A stretch of 29,898 nt of DNA from Candidatus Micrarchaeota archaeon (GCA_043803815.1 JAZDJR010000024.1:1-29898), one strand, 5' to 3'. Shown: positions 8,280 through 17,383, counted from the first letter of the stretch. The notes: generated from the letters alone by a model not told the origin. Program-made: numbers and translations.

Positions 8280-9215
8280 ATGAATAATTTTTCGCCCAAA
8301 TTACTCGCGGGTTCCTCCAACAAACCTCTGGCTGAAAGGATTGCCCGAAATCTGGCCATTCCTTTGGCCCAAGCCGAATTAAAGCGATTTTCAGACGGCG
8401 AAACCTATTGCCGAATCGGCGAAAACGTGCGCGGACGCGACGTGTTCATCCTTCAATCAACATCGCCGCCAATAAACGACCATTTAATGGAACTGCTCAT
8501 TTTGATTGATGCCGCCAAGCGCGCAAGCGCCGCGCGGATAACGGCCGTAATCCCCTATTTTGGCTATGCGCGCCAGGACAGAAAAGCCGCGAGCCGCGAA
8601 CCCATTACCGCCAAATTGGTTGCCAACATGATTTCGAAAGCCGGCGCCGACCGCGTTATGACCGTTGACCTGCATTCCGGCCAAATCCAAGGATTCTTCG
8701 ATATTCCGGTGGACAATTTGATGGCCGACCAGTTGTTTGCCCGCGCCATTCCAAAAGAATTATCCCAAAACATGGTGGTCGTGGCACCCGATGCCGGAGC
8801 CACCAAACGCGCCGGCGCATTCGCCAAAAATTTCGGAGCCGAACTTGCCATTCTCAACAAGTCGCGCCCCAAGCAAAACGAATGCGCGGTACTGCACGTA
8901 ATCGGAAACGTGGAAGGAAAAAACTGCCTTTTGTTCGACGACATCGCGGATACCTGCGGAACTCTTGTCAACGCCGCAAACGCGCTCAAGCAAAACAAAG
9001 CCCAAAGCGTGCACGCCTGCATTGCCCACCCGTTATTCAGCGGAAGCGCGCTTTCAAAAATCGGCGAATCCGAACTGAAATCCGTTTTCGTAACCGACAG
9101 CATTTTGCAAAAACAATTGCCCGCCAACATTCAGACCGTTTCGCTTGCCGACCTGCTTGCCAAAGCCATCGAATACACGCACAAAAACGAATCGGTCTCG
9201 TCGCTTTTCGAGTAA
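8280..9215 (+). CDS. prs: Ribose-phosphate pyrophosphokinase (PRPP synthetase)
   Basis: FSDGE, PYFGYARQDRK, DLHSGQIQGFF, VAPDAG, PRPP loop DDIADTCGT; ATG at 8280. Confidence 0.96.
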   Translation: MNNFSPKLLAGSSNKPLAERIARNLAIPLAQAELKRFSDGETYCRIGENVRGRDVFILQSTSPPINDHLMELLILIDAAKRASAARITAVIPYFGYARQDRKAASREPITAKLVANMISKAGADRVMTVDLHSGQIQGFFDIPVDNLMADQLFARAIPKELSQNMVVVAPDAGATKRAGAFAKNFGAELAILNKSRPKQNECAVLHVIGNVEGKNCLLFDDIADTCGTLVNAANALKQNKAQSVHACIAHPLFSGSALSKIGESELKSVFVTDSILQKQLPANIQTVSLADLLAKAIEYTHKNESVSSLFE

Positions 9216-9248
9216 CCTTTAATAAGCAAAGATTTTCCATTTGATACT

Positions 9249-9794
9249 ATGCGATACATTATCCACTGCTTGCTCAGGGGACCGATTGAGAAATACCAAA
9301 AGAGCATGGTTAATGCCATTTATCAGAATTTTGGCTTAAACATTACAAAAAAAGAAAACCTTGCAGCCCACTTTACCTTGAAATACTGGTTTGAAACTGA
9401 AAACATAAAAGAAATAGAAAAAATAGCGCGGGTTTTTTGCAAAACCCACAAGAAAACCACTGTTCGCGCCGGCGGCTTCGGGAATTTTCCCCCAAAAACA
9501 GTTTTCATAAACGTAACGCTTTCTAATGGCGGGGAAAAAGTTTTTTTTGAATTTATCTCTGAACTCAGAAAAGTAAAGTGGATGTCCTGGGGTAAATACG
9601 ATGCGGAAAACCTTCATTTTCACTCCACAATTGCAGAAGAATGCAACGAAAAGTTTGAAGAAGCCTGGAAATTTGTTCAAGGCAAAGAAAAATATTTTGA
9701 CTGCTGGTTCGACAATATTACAATCCTTAAATCGATTGGGAAAAGACAAAATGTCGAAAAATGGAAAAGCCATAAGACATTTTCAATGAAATAA
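9249..9794 (+). CDS. 2H phosphoesterase (2'-5' RNA ligase/LigT-like superfamily)
   Basis: Two HxT motifs (HFTL, HSTI) about 85 aa apart; AT-richer than its neighbours by eye. Confidence 0.85.
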   Translation: MRYIIHCLLRGPIEKYQKSMVNAIYQNFGLNITKKENLAAHFTLKYWFETENIKEIEKIARVFCKTHKKTTVRAGGFGNFPPKTVFINVTLSNGGEKVFFEFISELRKVKWMSWGKYDAENLHFHSTIAEECNEKFEEAWKFVQGKEKYFDCWFDNITILKSIGKRQNVEKWKSHKTFSMK

Positions 9795-9894
9795 CGCAAA
9801 AATCGAACTTTTTCAGGTTCAAAACAGGGACTGATTTTGCAATTTCAAATTCTGGCCAACCCGGTTTGCGGCAGCAGATTTTCGCTGTTGTTTT

Positions 9895-10102
9895 CTAATA
9901 TAACGCCAAAATTCGAATCCGAACCGATTAATGGTGCTCCAATTCAACGTTGGATTTTTTGAGGGCACCCATTATTTTGGAAATCGGACCAAAACCGGTT
10001 TTTTCGTATGAAAACACGGCAGTGGACAAGTCCGGAATCAGTTCAAAGCACCCAGGAGCGGTTTTTGGCCGCGTTTTGCTCCAATTGCCGCAAAAAACTC
10101 AT
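9895..10102 (-). pseudogene. pyrF: Frameshifted 5' remnant of orotidine-5'-phosphate decarboxylase
   Basis: Successive frames give MSFLRQLEQNAAKNRS / CFELIPDL / SNF-ALY*, matching the PyrF N-terminus (F..L......S.LC.GLDP..., KPN.AFYE) in order. A TATA-like CTTTAATA lies ~25 nt before the ATG. Confidence 0.55.
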
Positions 10103-10188
10103 GCAAAAAAAAGGAATTTTGAATTATTAAAGGTTAGTTGTTAGTAAAAAAAATCGATTGGAAATTTTTTGTTTTTATTGGTGTGAAT

Positions 10189-10569
10189 TTACCATGTGCG
10201 GATTGATTTGATGTTTTCCACGCCTTTGAATTCAAGCGACAGGTCTCCGGCGGCTTTTCCGGACAATAATTTTCCCGCTGTCGTGACAAAACCGTCCTTG
10301 GAAACCGAAACATTCAAAGTGACTTGCGAATCGCTTTCGTTTTTTTCCAGCGCGCCGCTGGTATGAACCAGCTTGTGGGGCTCGCGAAAAAAGTTTTTAA
10401 CCGTGCGGCCGTCGCGGTTCTGATACATCAGTTCGAATTCCTTGATTTTGCCGCGGCATGAGGTTACGGCAAGCACCTTTTCGTCCCGTTCCATGGACAA
10501 TTTTTTTAATTCGGGCAAAATTTCAAGCCCGTCCGCAAGTTTGAGAACGATTTGCGTATCCTGCGCCAT
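10189..10569 (-). CDS. PPC/DUF296 domain protein (divergent)
   Basis: LKLADGLEIL..L start, VTSCRG, LVHTSG and C-terminal AGKLLSG follow the PPC pattern, but the His residues are missing. Confidence 0.65.
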   Translation of the reverse strand: MAQDTQIVLKLADGLEILPELKKLSMERDEKVLAVTSCRGKIKEFELMYQNRDGRTVKNFFREPHKLVHTSGALEKNESDSQVTLNVSVSKDGFVTTAGKLLSGKAAGDLSLEFKGVENIKSIRTW

Positions 10570-10642
10570 AACAGAGAACTACAGCATTGGATTTTTAATC
10601 CTATTATTGCCTTAAAGCTGCTTTTAAAGGCCAAACAAGGGT

Positions 10643-11284
10643 TTACAGGATTTTGGCGGCTACCAACCCCGATTCAAACAAGCCGTTAATCATCAGTTGA
10701 ACCGCCAAGGACATCAAAAGCAGCCCCATAATTCTGGTCGCAAGTTTCATGCCCAGCGGCCCCCACAGTTTGTTCAGGCGGTCGGATTGCAGCATAAGCC
10801 ACAAGCCAGCCACAAAAGCAAGCACCGCGGCTGCGACAAACTGGGCCATTTCAATCGTGCCTGTTGTGCGCGCAAAAAAAACAATTCCGGTAATAATGGC
10901 TCCCGGCCCCGTAATCAGCGGAATTCCCAAGGGAGTAAACGCCAGGTTTTCTTTTTCTTCGGCCGCTTCCTGCTCTGAAGGAGACAATTCGGTTCGCGTT
11001 TTGAATCCAAGCAGCATCTCTCCGGAAATCACCAGCAGCAATAATCCGCCCGCGATTTTAAACGAAAACAATTCGATTCCCAAATAGCCGAACAAAGCGG
11101 GTCCGAAAAAACTGAAAACAAAAAAAGCCAAAAAACCGACGAGATACGATTTTTCAATTGCCTTGCGTTTTTCTTCCGGCTTCATTTTGCTTAAAAATCC
11201 CTCAAAAATAGGAATATTGGCAAACGGGTCGGTCACCAAAAAGACTCCGACAAACACCGCGACAAAAAAACCCGGGTCAAGCAC
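10643..11284 (-). CDS. MarC family membrane protein
   Basis: DPFANIPIF, FKIAGGLLL, PLGIPLITGPGAI, RIMGLLL..AVQ. Confidence 0.93.
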   Translation of the reverse strand: MLDPGFFVAVFVGVFLVTDPFANIPIFEGFLSKMKPEEKRKAIEKSYLVGFLAFFVFSFFGPALFGYLGIELFSFKIAGGLLLLVISGEMLLGFKTRTELSPSEQEAAEEKENLAFTPLGIPLITGPGAIITGIVFFARTTGTIEMAQFVAAAVLAFVAGLWLMLQSDRLNKLWGPLGMKLATRIMGLLLMSLAVQLMINGLFESGLVAAKIL

Positions 11285-11346
11285 GATACACCAAACAAAA
11301 AAAGGATTTTAAACCCGACGAATCCGGAAACTTTCAAGCCAAACCC

Positions 11347-12540
11347 CTATTTTTTGGCTTTTGGGGCCCAGCCCAGGGTGTCGGGGTTGAGCACGAGCTG
11401 CATGTGCGGATACGCGATTTCAATGTCGGGATGGCTTTTAATGGCGGTTAAAAATCCGCGGCAAATGTCCGCGCGCATGTCGCGCACGCGGCGAATATCC
11501 GTCACGAACAAAACATTGAGTCCGATGGCCGAATCAAGCAGGTCCACCCGAACGCTTGGAACCGGAATGTCGTCTCCCTGCTGCTCGATTGTTTTCATGG
11601 TTTCGATGTTGTCGCGAAGCGCTTCTTTTAATCCGCCTTTGGACAATTTGTTGGACGCTTCCTGCAAAAGCTCTATCACGTCGTGAAACGATTTTTTGTT
11701 TTGCTTGGCATTTTTGGCTGGCAATGAAACATATTCGCGGACCACTTCGGTCGCGATTTCGTACAGCAATAATTCGGCTTTTTTCCAGTTGCTTTCGTAC
11801 GTAATTCCAATTTGCACGTCTTCCCAGTGCAGGTCGCCGCGCTTGGTAAAATTAATCACGGGAGAAGTAAGAACGAATTCGTTGGGCAAAGTCACGATTT
11901 TTTCGCTTCTATCCTGGCTGTCGGGCCGCGTCGACTGAATCACGGTATACATAGATTGAATCGCCAAAACATCCCCCCGAATTCCGTTGGCTTCAATCCG
12001 GTCGCCGATATTAAACGGCTTGTTGATGACAATAGTCAGCCAGCCCGCAAAATTCAGAATCGACCGCTGTAACGCAAGTGTCAAGCCAAGGCCGATTAAT
12101 CCCAAAGACGCGAAAAAAATCGTCAAGTCCTTAAAAATCGTGGCTAAAATCAAAATCGCGGTAAACAGCCAGACAATATACGAATACAAGGTCAAAATCA
12201 GTTTGATTTCTTTTTTTTTGCCGCGGTTTTCCAGATGCTTTGAAATGGCAAAACGCGTAATCTGCAAAAAAATAACCGTTCCGACCAATAACAGCAAAAC
12301 ATTAAGCGCGGTCGGCAAGAGCTGGTTCAAAGACCGGCCCTCCAAAAAATGCGTTTTAATAATGTCTAAAATCAGGGCGGAATACGCAAAAAAAACAAGC
12401 AATAAGACCAAAACAACAAAACCGATAATAGCCAGTTTGGCCATGCGCGCGGACTTTTGGTCTTTCCAAAAACCGGCGGGTTCTGCTGCAACCTCTTTTG
12501 GGAGGCCGTTATTTTCCCCGTTTTTTTCGCTTTCAGCCAT
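11347..12540 (-). CDS. Small-conductance mechanosensitive channel (MscS family)
   Basis: TM3 SLGLIGLGLTLALQ..NFAG, PFNIGDRI, LPN, C-terminal IEIAYP. Confidence 0.92.
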   Translation of the reverse strand: MAESEKNGENNGLPKEVAAEPAGFWKDQKSARMAKLAIIGFVVLVLLLVFFAYSALILDIIKTHFLEGRSLNQLLPTALNVLLLLVGTVIFLQITRFAISKHLENRGKKKEIKLILTLYSYIVWLFTAILILATIFKDLTIFFASLGLIGLGLTLALQRSILNFAGWLTIVINKPFNIGDRIEANGIRGDVLAIQSMYTVIQSTRPDSQDRSEKIVTLPNEFVLTSPVINFTKRGDLHWEDVQIGITYESNWKKAELLLYEIATEVVREYVSLPAKNAKQNKKSFHDVIELLQEASNKLSKGGLKEALRDNIETMKTIEQQGDDIPVPSVRVDLLDSAIGLNVLFVTDIRRVRDMRADICRGFLTAIKSHPDIEIAYPHMQLVLNPDTLGWAPKAKK

Positions 12541-12742
12541 TCCAACACCGTAAAAAAATCAGTTTTAGTATTACAAGAAAAAACAGATTTTAAAACAGAA
12601 CGCAGGGCAATTGACCGGCAGGCGGAGCCCTGAAAGAGTACGCCGCTGGCCGAAAGTTCAGGGATGCCTACGATTTCTAATCTCTCTTTTTGCGGTTTCA
12701 TCAACGATTTTTAACCGATTGCTTCCACTAATCCAATGACTT

Positions 12743-13141
12743 ATGCCAAACAATGCAAAACCGCTTTTGAATAACCGAAAGCTTCGCCTTCCGCTCTGGG
12801 CTCACCTCTGGCGCGGAAAACACCGCCTCTTTTTGCGCGAAATCGAAGCCCGGCGCGGCGACGGGGCCCGCCTAGTTCGCCTCATCAAGGAAAGAATCGA
12901 AAAATACAACCACCTGCAAAGCCCGAACAATCCGAAAGAACTCAAAAAAGCGGCGCACCAATTAATCCTGCGCGTCTCCGAACTAACCGACGAAATGCAA
13001 AAAGCCGAACTTGCAGTGGGGCACAAGCGCCATTGGGGTGCGGTTTACAGGGACTACTTCAACGCGTTCTGGCCCGAAATCCAGAGCCCCCTGCGCCGCG
13101 AAATCATCCGGCAAAGCAGGAAAAAAACAAAAACTGACTGA
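12743..13141 (+). CDS. Hypothetical basic protein
   Basis: 132-aa R/K-rich ORF; TTTTTAA about 27 nt upstream of the ATG. Confidence 0.6.
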   Translation: MPNNAKPLLNNRKLRLPLWAHLWRGKHRLFLREIEARRGDGARLVRLIKERIEKYNHLQSPNNPKELKKAAHQLILRVSELTDEMQKAELAVGHKRHWGAVYRDYFNAFWPEIQSPLRREIIRQSRKKTKTD

Positions 13142-13142
13142 G

Positions 13143-13243
13143 TTACAGGTTTTTTTGAACCATTCCACCGAAAGTTCAATCGCTTTTTCGGCGTCTTCTT
13201 TTCGATTTTCCAAGTGATGCGTTGTTCCCGAAAGGATTTCCAA
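13143..13243 (-). pseudogene. C-terminal remnant of an alpha/beta-hydrolase-fold protein
   Basis: LEILSGTTHHLENRKEDAEKAIELSVEWFKK resembles the catalytic-His loop and last helix (I.GA.H.F.......A......WF...L). Confidence 0.55.
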
Positions 13244-13272
13244 AAGAATAAATACCTCCAAGTGTCCATCGT

Positions 13273-14223
13273 ATGAATATGCAACCTATTCGAAAAATTC
13301 TTATCGGTCTGGCAGAGTTTATTATCGTTTTGGGGCTTGGAATTTTTCTTGAACCCCAACTGGGGAAAATAACAATGCCGACTTTTGCCGCGGATTATAC
13401 TATTGACTGGACAACTACTGCGCTAAGCATAGCCATTATCGGCATTTTTGCAATTCTTTTGCTTCCTTTCATTTCAAAGCAAAACCCGTTACACCTGCTA
13501 ATTAGGCAACTGGGAAATTGGTTTTTTAGCGGCCCGGCACAAATGGTTGCAATGGGAATAAGCGCGATTATTGGGCTGGCCACTTACCAATTTGTTTCCC
13601 AGTATTTATCGCCGTTTGTTGCAATCGGGGCTTTTCTTTTTCTTCGGCCGCTGCTTGGAAAGCAACCCCAATCATTTTTGGATGAAACTGAAAACCGCAT
13701 TCAAAGCGCCCAAGTTCAAACTACTTTTGACCGGCAAACAGCCGAACTCAAGGCCGAGCCAAGAAAAGGCGCGTTTTACAGCCAAAGTTATGTATTGCTG
13801 ATGATTATCCTGCTTGGAATGACCTTGATAATTGTAGCGCTGACTCAACTGTGGGCACTTTTGCTTTTTAGCGCGGCAATCCTTTTAGCATTGCAACAGA
13901 TGACTTTTACGTCCCAAATCATCGGCCTTCAAATAAATCCCGATACTATCACCATTGCAACCCAAGACAACAAAAAAAAGTCATTTAATTGGACTAGGCA
14001 ATTGCGATTAATTATTGCGAATTATAAAAACGAAGAATTGGATTTAACAACAGTCATCATCAAAAACGAGGGTAGTTTTATTCCGCAATTCACCGCTTAT
14101 TTTAATCTGCCATACGCTGACGTCCAAAACGAGCTGAACAAAATCGGATTTCTTACTGCAACGGAACAAAAAATAGGTTCTGTTTCCATTAATACAAGTT
14201 ATCAAAAGTCGAAAAAAGGCTAA
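13273..14223 (+). CDS. Hypothetical multi-pass membrane protein
   Basis: 316-aa ORF with about six hydrophobic segments and a soluble C-terminal domain. Confidence 0.75.
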   Translation: MNMQPIRKILIGLAEFIIVLGLGIFLEPQLGKITMPTFAADYTIDWTTTALSIAIIGIFAILLLPFISKQNPLHLLIRQLGNWFFSGPAQMVAMGISAIIGLATYQFVSQYLSPFVAIGAFLFLRPLLGKQPQSFLDETENRIQSAQVQTTFDRQTAELKAEPRKGAFYSQSYVLLMIILLGMTLIIVALTQLWALLLFSAAILLALQQMTFTSQIIGLQINPDTITIATQDNKKKSFNWTRQLRLIIANYKNEELDLTTVIIKNEGSFIPQFTAYFNLPYADVQNELNKIGFLTATEQKIGSVSINTSYQKSKKG

Positions 14224-14229
14224 ACATGT

Positions 14230-15033
14230 TTATTCGGCAGTAGGTTGCGTTTTGTTCAGCGAAATGAATATTTCGTTCCAGAATTCTTCCTGCCACAGGG
14301 CGAGTTTTCCATTGTTGTTCAAAAAAAGCAGGGGAACAAAAACATTGATGACGTCGTTGGGATGCGAATCGCCGCCGACCAACTGCGAAAACAGCACTAA
14401 TCCTTGCGAGTCCGCTTTTTTTTGCACGAGTTCCAAAACTTCCTTCATTTTTTGCTCGATGTCAAAGCCCGAAAACGGCAAAACAAAATTCGGTTCCCCG
14501 TAAATCTTGGTGAACTTGGGGGACGAGCGGCTTTTGTTCAGCATAACTTCGATTGTTTTGACAAGTTCGTCCAAAGAAACGCGCCCTTCGCGGCCGGAAC
14601 GCGCTTCGCGCAATTCCGGAATCGTTCCCGCCAAAAGAGCGCGCTCTTCCGGAGTCAATTGTTGCCGGCTTGCGGCTTCCATTTCGTCTTCAATGCTTTC
14701 CAATGTCAGGGATTTGGCTTTGTGCTTTAACAAAATCGCGCACGCCAAAATCGCGTTGGCGGGAATCCGCAGGCTCGCGTTTTCCAAAGCGTTGATTTTG
14801 GCCAGGTACTTGTCCGCGAGTTCGATGACATTGATATTCCACGGGTCCATTTTTTCCTGTCGGACAATTTCAAGCAGAATCGTTTTCCAGGCGGGCTGGT
14901 CGATTAAATCCAGCAAATAACCGCTGTCAATCACATCGGGCAGAATTACTCCCGCGTGTTCAAACGCGACCGACTGGCCGGAACCGGATGCATCCAAAGC
15001 GGGCTCAATTGCCGATAAAACAGGTTTTCCCAT
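14230..15033 (-). CDS. scpA: Segregation and condensation protein A (kleisin)
   Basis: MDPWNINVIELADKYL, ANAILACAILLKHKA, VSLDELV..I, C-terminal FVPLLFL...LWQEEFWNEIFI. Confidence 0.9.
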   Translation of the reverse strand: MGKPVLSAIEPALDASGSGQSVAFEHAGVILPDVIDSGYLLDLIDQPAWKTILLEIVRQEKMDPWNINVIELADKYLAKINALENASLRIPANAILACAILLKHKAKSLTLESIEDEMEAASRQQLTPEERALLAGTIPELREARSGREGRVSLDELVKTIEVMLNKSRSSPKFTKIYGEPNFVLPFSGFDIEQKMKEVLELVQKKADSQGLVLFSQLVGGDSHPNDVINVFVPLLFLNNNGKLALWQEEFWNEIFISLNKTQPTAE

Positions 15034-15078
15034 ACAGTAAAATTACTCAAAACCCGAATTTAAACTTGTTTATTCCAT

Positions 15079-15118
15079 TATTGGGCCTAAAAATGATCCT
15101 TGGAAAAAAGGCCCAATA
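15079..15118. repeat. Perfect 10-bp inverted repeat between ahcY and scpA (terminator or operator)
   Basis: TATTGGGCCT (15079-15088), 20-nt spacer, AGGCCCAATA (15109-15118). Confidence 0.6.
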
Positions 15119-15181
15119 CGGCATAAAACGAAGAATATTCCCCTTTTAAGCCCTTCAGAAACCAAAAAATTTTTAGGCAGT

Positions 15182-16435
15182 TTAGGTTCCTTCTTCCCAC
15201 GAGTTCAGGTATTTGAGCTGCTCCGCAGTCAGATTGTCCTTTTTCAGGCCCAAAGAATCGAGCTTGAGCTGCGCAATCTGCTGGTCAATCTCGCGAGGCA
15301 AGGTATACACTTTTGGTTCCAGTTTTCCCTTGTTTTTGATTCCGTATTCCAAGGCCAAAGATTGGCCGCAAAACGACAGGTCCATGACTTCGGAAGGATG
15401 GCCTTCGGCAGCCGCCAAATTCACAAGGCGACCTTCGGCGCACAAAAATATTTTTTTGTTGTTTTTTAACTGGTATTCGTCAAGCTGCCAGCGAATCCTT
15501 CTTTTGGAAACCTTGTTTTGTTCCAATGAATCAACGTCGATTTCCGCATTAAAGTGGCCGCTGTTCGCAAGCACCGCTCCGTTTTTCATCGACTGCATGT
15601 GTTCCCAGGAAATCACGCGCTTGTTTCCCGTAATCGTCACGAACACGTCGCCGATTTTACTCGCTTCCATAATCGGCATGACGCGGTAACCGTCGGCAAA
15701 CGCCTGCAAGGCACGCACGGGTTCGGCTTCGCACACGATTACGTTGGCGCCCATTCCCGATGCGCGGTTGGCGACTCCTTTTCCGCAGTCGCCGTAGCCG
15801 ATGACCACGAATTGTTTTCCCGCCAAAAGCAAATTGGTGCAGCGGAGTATTCCGTCCAAAGTGGACTGTCCGGTTCCGTAATAATTGTCAAACAAATGCT
15901 TGGTCAAATTGTCGTTGACCGCAATAATTGGGTATTTCAAAACCTTGTCGCGTTCCATGGCGCGCACGCGGATGATTCCCGTGGTGGTTTCTTCGCAGCC
16001 CACAATCAAATCTTTCAGCAAATCTTTTCGCTTGGTGTGGATTTCGGAAATCAAATCGCACCCATCATCAATCGTGGCCTGGGGCTTGTCATCCAAAACC
16101 TTGTTCAAAAACTTGTAATAATCCTCATGAGTTTCGCCTTTGTAGGCAAACACTGCCACGCCATCTTCCGCGAGAGCGGCGGCAATGTCATCCTGAGTTG
16201 AAAGCGGATTGCAACCCGTAATCGAAACTTTGGCTCCGCCGTCAACGAGGGTTCGAACCAATAATCCGGTTTCTTTGGTCACGTGCAAGGCCATTCCCAC
16301 GCGGATTCCTGCTAGGGGTTTTTCTTTTTTGAATCGTTCGCGGACCTTTGCAAGGGCGCCCATCTGCATTTGTGCCCATTCCATATTCATTCGGCCCTGT
16401 TCGGCAAGCTTGATATCCTTTACAAAATAATCCAT
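15182..16435 (-). CDS. ahcY: S-adenosylhomocysteine hydrolase
   Basis: CNPLSTQD, IDDGCDL, EETTTG, KHLFDNYYGTGQS, GYGDCGKG, GRLVNL..AEGHP; RBS AGGTGA. Confidence 0.97.
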   Translation of the reverse strand: MDYFVKDIKLAEQGRMNMEWAQMQMGALAKVRERFKKEKPLAGIRVGMALHVTKETGLLVRTLVDGGAKVSITGCNPLSTQDDIAAALAEDGVAVFAYKGETHEDYYKFLNKVLDDKPQATIDDGCDLISEIHTKRKDLLKDLIVGCEETTTGIIRVRAMERDKVLKYPIIAVNDNLTKHLFDNYYGTGQSTLDGILRCTNLLLAGKQFVVIGYGDCGKGVANRASGMGANVIVCEAEPVRALQAFADGYRVMPIMEASKIGDVFVTITGNKRVISWEHMQSMKNGAVLANSGHFNAEIDVDSLEQNKVSKRRIRWQLDEYQLKNNKKIFLCAEGRLVNLAAAEGHPSEVMDLSFCGQSLALEYGIKNKGKLEPKVYTLPREIDQQIAQLKLDSLGLKKDNLTAEQLKYLNSWEEGT

Positions 16436-16495
16436 TTTTTCACCTTGACTTGTTGGTTTTTACCAAATGGGCAACCAAATCTTTTTTAATAGAAG

Positions 16496-16660
16496 GTGGG
16501 TAATCGCTTCACGAAAACCTTCAAACCGTACCCTGTACATTTCAAAAAAAAGCCAAAAACACGGGGTTTTGGGGGTTTTGTCAGCCAGGAAACCCTTGAA
16601 GAATTCGTTGTCTACAAGGCCTTATACACTTCAAAAGAATTCGGAAAAAACGCGTTTTGA
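16496..16660 (+). CDS. Possible 54-aa small ORF (MGNRFTKTF...KEFGKNAF)
   Basis: Open frame from GTG to TGA in the 300-bp gap; no recognisable motif. Confidence 0.25.
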   Translation: MGNRFTKTFKPYPVHFKKKPKTRGFGGFVSQETLEEFVVYKALYTSKEFGKNAF

Positions 16661-16690
16661 ATTCACTCCAAAAACAATTTTTGTCGGATT

Positions 16691-16722
16691 AACCAAACTA
16701 ATAGTTTTTTATAAGTTTGGTT
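16691..16722 (+). promoter_or_regulatory. Palindromic operator enclosing the TATA box of the AbiE toxin-antitoxin operon
   Basis: AACCAAACT-A-ATA...TAT-A-AGTTTGGTT (12/13 paired) surrounds TTTATAA (16708-16714), ~25 nt before ATG 16736. Confidence 0.7.
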
Positions 16723-16735
16723 GCTTCTACTTTTT

Positions 16736-17383
16736 ATGACGATTCCGTTGAAAAACCGGTTGAAGCGCCAGGCCCAAGTCCGATTGGCGGAACTGCAGGA
16801 CGAAGCGGTCGATATCGTGTACCGGGTTCTTCCAAACGCGGTCTTGCACGGGGGAACCGCCATCTGGCGCTGTTTTTCTGGAAACCGCTTTTCCGAAGAC
16901 CTTGATTTTTACGCGCTCGCCGGAAAAAACTTTCGAGAAGAGCTTGAAGCCGAGCTCCGGAAAAGAAGCCTGATTTTGAGCAAGTTTAAGCAAACGGAAA
17001 ACGTTATTTTTGCCAAGATTTCAAACCAACAAACCGAGGTTTCACTGGAAATCGCCGTGCGCAAAAGCCCCAAAACCGTTTCAACGGCTTATGAACGGAC
17101 GGACGGCTCTTTTGTCGAAATATTCTCGCTTTCCCCCGAAGATTTTTTGGCTGAAAAAGCCAGCGCGTACCAGAACCGAAGACTGGTGCGCGACTTGTAC
17201 GATGTTTTTTTCCTTTTGGACAAAAGCGATTCTATTGAAAAAGCGAAAAAAGAACTCGAAAAACTTGTGCACGAATTCAAGCCGCCCAAAGACGAAAAAA
17301 ACCTGAAAATTCTCGTCTATTCCGGAATCGCGCCTTCCGTCAATTCCATGCTGGAAAGAATCCGAAAGAGGCTTTCCAAATGA
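16736..17383 (+). CDS. AbiEii/AbiGii-family nucleotidyltransferase (type IV TA toxin)
   Basis: LHGGTAI, RFSEDLDF, AEKA.A...R...RDLYD motifs. Confidence 0.92.
   Translation: MTIPLKNRLKRQAQVRLAELQDEAVDIVYRVLPNAVLHGGTAIWRCFSGNRFSEDLDFYALAGKNFREELEAELRKRSLILSKFKQTENVIFAKISNQQTEVSLEIAVRKSPKTVSTAYERTDGSFVEIFSLSPEDFLAEKASAYQNRRLVRDLYDVFFLLDKSDSIEKAKKELEKLVHEFKPPKDEKNLKILVYSGIAPSVNSMLERIRKRLSK

Noticed and set aside
9924-9988. Long imperfect hairpin (TAATGGTGCTCCAA...TTGAGGGCACCCATTA) as a MITE or terminator
   Set aside because: Several bulges, no target duplication, and it lies within the pyrF remnant.
12604-12670. Resemblance to FMN or fluoride riboswitch, or hammerhead/HDV ribozyme
   Set aside because: Key elements are missing (FMN P2/P5 T-loops, fluoride 5' GAUGG, exact CUGANGA core with stems, HDV P3/L3). 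Kept only as an unclassified candidate.
883-14229. Integron-like cassettes (AT-richer single genes at 946, 9249, 13273)
   Set aside because: No shared attC-like flanks and no integrase in the window.
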